64,000 nt of DNA from an uncultured Smithella sp. Its GTDB lineage: Bacteria; Desulfobacterota; Syntrophia; Syntrophales; Smithellaceae. Positions 57,297 through 64,000 of the stretch are shown here, one piece after another. The translations under genes and the position numbers were made by a program. Within the stretch, counting starts at the first letter, position 1, and every line of letters starts with the position of its first letter. The stretch lies in NCBI GenBank assembly GCA_964443625.1, contig CAYUDM010000004.1, positions 8,143 through 72,142 on the forward strand, read 5' to 3'. The notes beneath the pieces were generated by a model, which searched no databases, was not told the origin of the DNA, and saw only the letters and a program-made list of their open reading frames with translations.

Positions 57297-59363
57297 TCAC
57301 TCATTCTTGTCCGCCAGATATTCAATCATCGTTTCAGAGTCGTTTGTCGGCTCGGCACAGGCGAAATGAGAACAAACGTAGGCTGTCGCCCGGCCGTTTT
57401 TGCAGTCCATGGATCCGACAAAGGGGGAGATCGTATCGATATCCGGCGCCAATTCATTCGACGGCCGGAAAATGACGGTTTTGTTCGGCACATAAATCCG
57501 CCGCAGTGACCGGATCAGATCACGGGTATCCTGCGCTTTTTCATCTCCGGTGATCACCACTTCGGATGTCGGTCCGATCGCGAAATCCAATCCGCATAAA
57601 AAATACGCAAAGGCCTCAGGCATTGCCTGAGCCGGTCCGCAAAAAGTCCTATATATTTCTCTGGCTTCTTCATCGAGCTTACTATCCCCAGTCATTCGCG
57701 ACAGCCTCAAGGCATTGGAAAAAGCAACGGAATTACCGGAAGGGGTCGCTCCGTCGTAAAGTTCTTTGGGCCGAACAAGCAGCGCTTCAGCATCCACGGG
57801 AGCTAAAAAATACCCGCCTCCTTTTTCGTCACGGAAGAAAGCTCTAAGGTGCGACTGGTATTCCAGCGCCTTTTGCAGATAGTTTGTTTCGAAAGTGGCT
57901 TCATAAAGCTCGCAAAGACCCCACATGTAGAAAGCGTAATCCTCAAGTGTCGCGGCAAATGCGGTTTCGCCGTCGCGAAAACGGTGCATCAGGCGACCCT
58001 GCGGGGTTTTCATATGGATCTCGATAAATTCGGCCGCGCGCTTGGCAGCCTCCAGATAGGCCTTGTCTTCAAAGACCTGCCCTCCGCGAGCCAGCGCGGC
58101 AATCATCAGTCCATTGGAATCAACGAGAATTTTATCATCCAGATGCGGGCGAATCCGTTTTTCCCGGTCTTTGAACAATGCGCGGCGAATGTCTTCGAGT
58201 CTGTCTCTGTCCTCAAGCGGATTGGCGCTATCGGTCACCAAAGTTTTTCGATGTGGAATAAAATGGCCTTCGGGTAATTCTTCCATGCCGGGCGGTGCGG
58301 TATCCGAGTGACGATACATGGATAAAAACAGGTCCGCATCCCCGGAATTTAAAACCGCGCGCACCTCCTTTTCGGTCCACAAATAAAATTTACCCTCCAC
58401 TCCTTCGCTGTCGGCGTCTTCGGCGCTGTAGAAGGGTCCGCGCCTATCGGTCAAGTCGCGCAGAACATAAGCAAATATTTCACGCGCGATGCTTTCGTAA
58501 TTCGTATTTTTTGTGGCCAAAAAGAGATCAACGCAAGCCAGAGCCATCAGCGCCTGATCGTAGAGCATCTTTTCAAAATGCGGCACGATCCAACGCTCAT
58601 CGGTTGAATAGCGGTGGAAACCGAATCCGATATGATCGTAAATTCCGCCCCGTCGCATGTTTTTTATCGTATGCTCGACCATCGCCAGCGCCTGGTTTTC
58701 TCCGGTTCGACGCCAGTATCGCAAAAGAAACAGAAAATTATGCGGTGATGGAAATTTCGGCGCCTGCCCAAAGCCTCCGAATGTTTTGTCGAAGCTCACA
58801 GCCAAAGATCGATAGGCACGATGTAAAACCTCTTCGCCCAGTTCTTCCTCCGGTGTGCCCGGCTGCGGCTTTTGCAGCATACTCGTAATCTCCGCCGCCG
58901 CGGACAGGACATCCGCGCGGCGCTCGCTCCACAGTTGACGGACCTGAGGTATCATCTCCAGCAAGCCGACCCGGCCATATTTATTTTCTTTCGGAATATA
59001 GGTTGCGGCAAAAAAAGGTTTTCTGTCCGGTGTCATCATGATTGTTAGCGGCCAGCCTCCGGTCTGGGTCATGAGTCGGCACACTTGCATATAGACGGTA
59101 TCAATATCGGGACGTTCCTCGCGATCGACCTTGATATTGATGAACGTTTCATTGAGCAAAGCGGCAACCGCTTCGTCCTCAAACGATTCACGCTCCATGA
59201 CATGGCACCAGTGGCAGGTGGAGTAGCCGATTGACAAAAAGATTGGTTTATCGTCTTTTGCGGCTTGAGCAAAGGCTTCTTCACTCCAGGGATACCAGTC
59301 CACCGGATTATGCGCATGCTGAAGCAGATAGGGACTTTTTTCGGAAATCAAACGGTTTGTCAT
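57297..59363 (-). CDS. Thioredoxin-domain (DUF255) / six-hairpin (GlcNAc 2-epimerase-like) protein, YyaL/SPATA20 family
   Basis: [17 protein letters not shown]...[23 protein letters not shown], with a CxxC in a thioredoxin-like fold. The long alpha-helical C-terminal domain brings the total to 688 aa. Confidence 0.85.
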   Translation of the reverse strand: MTNRLISEKSPYLLQHAHNPVDWYPWSEEAFAQAAKDDKPIFLSIGYSTCHWCHVMERESFEDEAVAALLNETFINIKVDREERPDIDTVYMQVCRLMTQTGGWPLTIMMTPDRKPFFAATYIPKENKYGRVGLLEMIPQVRQLWSERRADVLSAAAEITSMLQKPQPGTPEEELGEEVLHRAYRSLAVSFDKTFGGFGQAPKFPSPHNFLFLLRYWRRTGENQALAMVEHTIKNMRRGGIYDHIGFGFHRYSTDERWIVPHFEKMLYDQALMALACVDLFLATKNTNYESIAREIFAYVLRDLTDRRGPFYSAEDADSEGVEGKFYLWTEKEVRAVLNSGDADLFLSMYRHSDTAPPGMEELPEGHFIPHRKTLVTDSANPLEDRDRLEDIRRALFKDREKRIRPHLDDKILVDSNGLMIAALARGGQVFEDKAYLEAAKRAAEFIEIHMKTPQGRLMHRFRDGETAFAATLEDYAFYMWGLCELYEATFETNYLQKALEYQSHLRAFFRDEKGGGYFLAPVDAEALLVRPKELYDGATPSGNSVAFSNALRLSRMTGDSKLDEEAREIYRTFCGPAQAMPEAFAYFLCGLDFAIGPTSEVVITGDEKAQDTRDLIRSLRRIYVPNKTVIFRPSNELAPDIDTISPFVGSMDCKNGRATAYVCSHFACAEPTNDSETMIEYLADKNE

Positions 59364-59369
59364 AAACGG

Positions 59370-60260
59370 TCACGACCAATTGAAACGGCGATCTAACAGG
59401 CTTTCCAGATCAAGATTGTAGGGCTCATAATATTTTGAAAGCCTCATACGCACTGCAGAATCTATAAGCGGTTGCCTGGATCCGGATTTTGCAAGTACCC
59501 TTTTAATCCGGTCTCTCGAAGACTCAGAAACAGCTTGAGAAAGACGGGTTATGCCTAAAAGCTTCAGGACAGTGAATAGGGATCTGGCGGTTGAGCCATA
59601 CGCCTCGTTATGACGCCTGGGACGCTCATGGTGATACGATTTAATTCCCAGGAACTGATAGACGTCTTCCATGATTTTTCCTGTGTTTTGGTTAAATTCT
59701 TCGGTCTGAATGATCATAATCCGGTCACGATTGAAATATTCAAAGAAATTCTTGAGATACTTTGCATAATAACCATTCGAGAGGTATGGCCTGATCGGAA
59801 TCGTCCGCCCCGTCTTAATGTGCCGTATGTATTGTTTCCATGTCGCTTGCATATCCTCACCGTTTTCGTTCTGAACAAAACAGGCTTCCATTGCATCCGC
59901 AAACGATAAGCTCTCCATGGCTCTGGAATAAAACATCCACCATTGTGAATAGGCTCGATCCACCGGATTCCTCAATAACGCGATATACTTTGCATCCGGA
60001 TGATGAAGGGCTAACCGCTCCAATGCCCAGGGAAATCGCATATATAATGGGGTTGCTTCACCGACGATCCTTTCGCCTTTGTAATTTTTGTAACATCGCC
60101 GAATGTAGTCATCATGGCTCATCTCGTCATAATAGGCGCTGAAGTAATGAGGTTCCTTGGGTTCAGAAATCAAGACATCGGGGTGCTTTTGCAAATAAGC
60201 GGCCACGGCGGTTGTTCCACATTTTGCCATACCGATAATGAATAAATTTGGAGAGACCAT
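59370..60260 (-). CDS. PAPS-dependent sulfotransferase family protein
   Basis: 5'-PSB loop IIGMAKCGTTAV and 3'-PB-like segment LLRNPVDRAYSQWW, as in the Sulfotransfer_1 family. Confidence 0.8.
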   Translation of the reverse strand: MVSPNLFIIGMAKCGTTAVAAYLQKHPDVLISEPKEPHYFSAYYDEMSHDDYIRRCYKNYKGERIVGEATPLYMRFPWALERLALHHPDAKYIALLRNPVDRAYSQWWMFYSRAMESLSFADAMEACFVQNENGEDMQATWKQYIRHIKTGRTIPIRPYLSNGYYAKYLKNFFEYFNRDRIMIIQTEEFNQNTGKIMEDVYQFLGIKSYHHERPRRHNEAYGSTARSLFTVLKLLGITRLSQAVSESSRDRIKRVLAKSGSRQPLIDSAVRMRLSKYYEPYNLDLESLLDRRFNWS

Positions 60261-60271
60261 ATTTAAACATC

Positions 60272-61237
60272 CTATTTTTCGATAAGACTTTCCACGATAG
60301 CGGATACCCCCGCCAAAGAGGTCGTTAACGTTGTATGCCCGACACCTGGAACAATCACAATTTCCGCATGCGGCTGAGCCTCGGCAAGCAGCTCCAGATA
60401 TTTTTGTGGATAAAACAATTCGTCATTTTCTCCCACGATGACTTTCAGGGGGCTGCGAATGCTTTTCAGGTCCTCTTGATAATCATACTGGAGCCCGAAA
60501 TTGCTCCACAGGCGATAGGAATACGAGGCGGTTTGGTGCTCAACTGTGTCGGGATCAGTTCCAAACGCAATCACCGGCAGATGTCCGAGTAAACGCTCTC
60601 CCGCGCCTTGTAAAGCAGATATTGCAATGATCCTGGAGACGCTGGCTTCGGCCCATTGATCATTTGTCCGGCGCGTGGTTGGCGAGTCGTGACGGATAAA
60701 GGGAGCCAAAACCACGTACTGATCAAAAAGCGACTGCCGATCGCTCGCCGCGAAGCGCATGGCAAATCCACCGCCCGAGGAAAAACCGATCACAACGGTC
60801 CGTCTTCCATCGTGAAACATCTGGTTTCTGAAATCTTCGAGGTCATCTTCGAGCTGACCGATGTAGTCGATGTCACCCCGAGAGCCGGATTGGCCGTGTC
60901 CGCGAATATCCAGGGCGTAAACATCGATTCCCTTGGCCTGCAAATACTCACTCAGGAGATGCACGGAAAGGCTGCTGCCCGATGAACCATGAATGATAAT
61001 GGCCGTCAATTTTGCATCGGAAACCGGATAGGCGCGATATGCCAGATTTATCCCGTCACGCGCCCGATAAGAACTGACAGGCGGCAGTCTCGAGTAATCA
61101 ACGGTGCGAAACGGCGCATTGATTGCATCCATCGATGCTGGCGGATGCGGAGGGAAAAAAATAATGGATGACGCAAGACCCATAATCAATAGGATAATGA
61201 TACACAAAGGCACCAGAACATATAGATTCAATTTCAT
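60272..61237 (-). CDS. Membrane-anchored alpha/beta hydrolase (lysophospholipase/monoacylglycerol-lipase-like)
   Basis: N-terminal TM helix, IIIHGSSGS, nucleophile elbow GFSSGG, C-terminal PGVGH. I chose the ATG at 61237 (RBS AAGGCGAG) over the TTG at 61348. Confidence 0.8.
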   Translation of the reverse strand: MKLNLYVLVPLCIIILLIMGLASSIIFFPPHPPASMDAINAPFRTVDYSRLPPVSSYRARDGINLAYRAYPVSDAKLTAIIIHGSSGSSLSVHLLSEYLQAKGIDVYALDIRGHGQSGSRGDIDYIGQLEDDLEDFRNQMFHDGRRTVVIGFSSGGGFAMRFAASDRQSLFDQYVVLAPFIRHDSPTTRRTNDQWAEASVSRIIAISALQGAGERLLGHLPVIAFGTDPDTVEHQTASYSYRLWSNFGLQYDYQEDLKSIRSPLKVIVGENDELFYPQKYLELLAEAQPHAEIVIVPGVGHTTLTTSLAGVSAIVESLIEK

Positions 61238-61881
61238 TTGCTCGCCTTTATGAAATAAATCAGGTATTAAACCACACAAACATCCATTCCGCCTGAGCCA
61301 CGGGGAAAATACAAAAGTCCTCAGCCGATTGCAAACTTTATTTAGCAAAAAATGGGGTCGACGGACGTCTTGTGATTAAAAATATTTCAAAAACAGGTTT
61401 AAAAAACGATGCGTATGAGGGCCAGACCCATCAAACATAATTTTATATCGAAGGCCTTTTGAACTCTTTCCACAATCTTGTGGATTATCCTGTGGACAGT
61501 CCTGTTGATAAATTTCGTAAGTGCCCGAATGAGGCGATTTTAGACCAAATTGCATAGATTTCGTGCATTATATTATATCAATTATTTCTTATACTTACAA
61601 ATATCACCTTTAATCATCGCGACTTATACCGGCCACAGAAAGGACTTATTCACTCCACTGAAATAATCGTGCCATTCATTCAGTTTTCAAATCAAATATT
61701 TTATTTTTTACCCTGCGAAAATCGAAGTGGAAATTTCTGTTTTTTATCTCATACGGAAGGAATCGCCTCTCAAATTATGAATTGTCTCAGAATTTTTTTC
61801 ACGTCTGTCATTCCGATGAAAGAAAATTATCCCCGTCAAGGCGATATAGATTATCCAGGGGGTAGGAAATGCCCATGATGC

Positions 61882-61916
61882 AAAAACCGGCCTCTGCGAA
61901 AAAGCAGAGAGCCGGC
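61882..61916 (-). terminator. Rho-independent terminator after the P-loop ATPase gene
   Basis: The minus strand reads CCGGCTCTCTGC-TTTTTC-GCAGAGGCCGG followed by TTTTT. Confidence 0.65.
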
Positions 61917-61961
61917 TTCTTGTTATTTAAAAAACCATTTTCTGTGGACACAGAAAGGTCC

Positions 61962-62657
61962 TTACTCCTGAATGAGCATACTTGACGGCTCCAGCTCGAG
62001 CGCCTCTTTTTTCGCTTCCGGCGATTGTCCTTTAAGGGCCTTGATGTAAACCTTGGGGCCCTTTGCCGCCAGCTGCACGAGCACCGCAAACAAATCTTCG
62101 ACATGACGGAAGGAAAGCGGAAGCCCATCTTCCTTCGGGGGTTCGTGCCGATGCGTATGAACGGTAAACCAGATGCGCATTCCGTAAAGATTGGCCATCT
62201 CCTTCAGCTGCAGCAGAAGGCCGCGACCGGATTCATCGAATTTTAACCCGTCGATAATCATGGTGTGCGGTTTGAATATATTCTGTTGCATCAAATCGCT
62301 TAAGCGTTCTTCGAGTTTTGGAACACTAAACCCTTCGACGCGGAAGGTCATAATAAAACGATACATCTGGGTTTTTTCCCAAAATTCCGCGATTTCCGCC
62401 GGGTCGTTTCCTTCCGAAATATCATTGAACAACTCGCGGTACCAGACATCGACCTTACTTACCGCATCATTGAGGCTGACATGCAAAACGGGTTTTTCCT
62501 GAAACATGGTGTTGAGCGCCATTTGCACCAAAAGCGCCGTCTTGCCTAAGCCCGCGTACGCCAATACGGCGCCGAAGCCGCCGTTGGGCAGAATATCTTC
62601 TCCGGCAAAGCCGAGATTATTTAGCGGATTGCGGCTAATCATTTCTTTTTTAATCAT
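61962..62657 (-). CDS. Stand-alone RecA/KaiC/DnaB-C-like P-loop NTPase (231 aa), function unknown
   Basis: Walker A-like AYAGLGKTALLVQMAL and Walker B-like HTMIIDGL. A GAGGA RBS lies 7 nt upstream of the ATG at 62657. The longer ORF to 62723 lacks an RBS. Confidence 0.5.
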   Translation of the reverse strand: MIKKEMISRNPLNNLGFAGEDILPNGGFGAVLAYAGLGKTALLVQMALNTMFQEKPVLHVSLNDAVSKVDVWYRELFNDISEGNDPAEIAEFWEKTQMYRFIMTFRVEGFSVPKLEERLSDLMQQNIFKPHTMIIDGLKFDESGRGLLLQLKEMANLYGMRIWFTVHTHRHEPPKEDGLPLSFRHVEDLFAVLVQLAAKGPKVYIKALKGQSPEAKKEALELEPSSMLIQE

Positions 62658-62777
62658 AATCAATTCCTCGTATGGAAAATGGATAACATTATTTATTCTC
62701 TGAATTGCTGATCCAAAGCCCATTGTTCGACAAACACCAGATACCTCGCCTCCGGCCCTTGACCTTTGGCCTTTTCA

Positions 62778-64000
62778 TTACGCCGCCGTCTTCTTGTTTT
62801 GTGCGACTTCGGCAGCGATCTTTTCCGCGACGGACTGAGGCACCTGACGGTACTGCGCAAACTCCATCGTGAACTGCGCCTTGCCCTGAGTCGCGGACCT
62901 CAATACGGTTGAAAACCCGAACATTTCCGCCAGCGGCACCTGGGCCTCCACAACACTCATCACGCCTTCATCCTGCGATCCGACGATCATCCCGCGGCGC
63001 TGGTTGAGCAGCCCCATCACCGGTCCCTGAAATTCCGTCGGCGTTTCAACGACGACTTTCATGATGGGCTCGTGAATGACCGGTTTGGCTCTCAGATACG
63101 CTTCGCGGAAGGCGCCACGAGCCGCGGCCTGAAAGGCCATATCGGAAGAGTCAACTGAATGGGAAGCACCGTCATTGATGACCACCCGGACTCCGGTGAT
63201 CGGAAACTCCAGTTTCGGTCCCTTGGCCATGCTTTCTTTGAATCCTTTTTCACAGGCGGAGATGTACTGCGTGGGAATGGATCCGCCGAAGATTTCATTG
63301 ACAAACTCAAAGTCCGTTTCCGTGATCGGTTCGAGGTAACCCGCAATGCGTCCGAACTGGCCGGAACCGCCCGTCTGTTTCTTATGCGTATAGTTGAAAT
63401 CAGCGCGCTGGGTGATGGTTTCACGGTAGGCAACCCTTGGATTTCCGGTGGTGACTTCCGCTCCGTATTCTCTTTTCATTCGTTCTACGTAAATGTCCAG
63501 ATGAAGCTCGCCCATGCCTTCGATGATGGTCTCGTTCGTTTCCGAATCCACAAACGCCTTGAAAGTCGGATCTTCCTTGGAAAAGCGATTGAGCGCCTTG
63601 GACATCGCCATTTGCGATTTATTATCCTTCGGCACGATGGCCAGCGAGATGACCGGCTTGGGAACGTACATGGAGGTCATGGTCATATTGATGCCGGGAG
63701 AAACAAACGTATCGCCGGAGGCGCATTCGATACCGAAAAGCGCTCCGATATAGCCCGCGCGCAGAGCGTCGACGTCTTCCATCTGGTCCGAATGCATGCG
63801 GACCACACGCCCCACTTTGACTTTTTTGCCGTTGCGGACATTGACGATCGTCACGCCCTTTTCAACGGTTCCTTCATACACCCGGATGTAGGTCAACTGT
63901 CCATACTGGCCGTCCTCCAGCTTGAAGGCCAGCGCGATAATGGGCTTTTCAGAATCAGTGGAAAGGACAACCGGTTGCTCGTTGTTGTTCATATCAAGCG
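62778..64000 (-). CDS. fusA: Elongation factor G, domains II-V; the 5' part lies outside the window
   Basis: [20 protein letters not shown] (domain II), [34 protein letters not shown]. The reading frame stays open to the window edge. Confidence 0.9.
   Translation of the reverse strand, partial: LDMNNNEQPVVLSTDSEKPIIALAFKLEDGQYGQLTYIRVYEGTVEKGVTIVNVRNGKKVKVGRVVRMHSDQMEDVDALRAGYIGALFGIECASGDTFVSPGINMTMTSMYVPKPVISLAIVPKDNKSQMAMSKALNRFSKEDPTFKAFVDSETNETIIEGMGELHLDIYVERMKREYGAEVTTGNPRVAYRETITQRADFNYTHKKQTGGSGQFGRIAGYLEPITETDFEFVNEIFGGSIPTQYISACEKGFKESMAKGPKLEFPITGVRVVINDGASHSVDSSDMAFQAAARGAFREAYLRAKPVIHEPIMKVVVETPTEFQGPVMGLLNQRRGMIVGSQDEGVMSVVEAQVPLAEMFGFSTVLRSATQGKAQFTMEFAQYRQVPQSVAEKIAAEVAQNKKTAA

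Noticed and set aside
61669-61878. A 69-aa plus-strand ORF inside the AT-rich intergenic region.
   Set aside because: It has no RBS, an odd Phe/Cys/Ile-rich composition, and it overlaps the terminator of the neighbouring gene. It is probably a chance ORF in AT-rich DNA.
61349-61961. Possible chromosomal replication origin. The evidence considered was an AT-rich tract plus several DnaA-box-like 9-mers (TGTGGATTA, TGTTGATAA, CTTTCCACA, TTATCCAGG).
   Set aside because: There is no perfect TTATCCACA box. There is no dnaA, dnaN, gidA or parAB nearby. Genes on both sides run in the same (minus) direction, whereas an origin normally marks a divergence of gene orientation. I kept only the repeat observation as a finding.

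Overview
This is a gene-dense 64-kb chromosomal window. It probably comes from a Desulfobacterota (deltaproteobacterial-type) genome. That assignment is inference only, based on class-1B PyrD/PyrK, a short type-3B transaldolase, a mitochondrial-like EF-G and sigma-54-linked pili. Most genes lie on the minus strand.

Layout:
1. 1-19.5 kb: a complete MSHA-like type IV pilus locus. It holds four minor pilins led by an ECF sigma factor and a membrane protein, an opposite-strand GT-C/TPR membrane protein, and two tandem major-pilin paralogs. It continues with a membrane-anchored sigma-54 activator, the PilC-type platform, an MshE-type ATPase, an ExeA-like ATPase, the secretin, PilP/O-like proteins, a PilM-PilN fusion, an L,D-transpeptidase and a PilT-like ATPase.
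2. tRNA-Cys(GCA) and tRNA-Gly(GCC), with a near-consensus promoter.
3. 19.8-44 kb: a housekeeping block. Genes are pgsA, transaldolase, folK, dapBA, argHGFDB, hslUV, xerC, BFN nuclease, miaB, rsmA, tsaD, nadB, purB, MBL hydrolase, pyrDK, rimI and a mannose-family PTS IIA-IIB-IIC without IID.
4. 44.2-53.9 kb: recD, an opposite-strand VKOR-like membrane protein, and recB-recC.
5. 53.9-57.3 kb: a methyltransferase and ectABC.
6. 57.3-61.2 kb: a tight operon of alpha/beta hydrolase, sulfotransferase and DUF255/thioredoxin-like protein.
7. A ~640-bp AT-rich non-coding region with phased repeats.
8. A stand-alone RecA/KaiC-like P-loop ATPase and the 3' part of an EF-G gene.

I saw no rRNA, CRISPR array, transposase, phage genes or recognisable defence system. 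The best candidates for new biology are the unusual regulatory and modification modules wired into the pilus locus, the hydrolase-sulfotransferase-DUF255 operon, and the repeat-bearing AT-rich intergenic region. All functional calls rest on motif recognition by eye. No database search was run.
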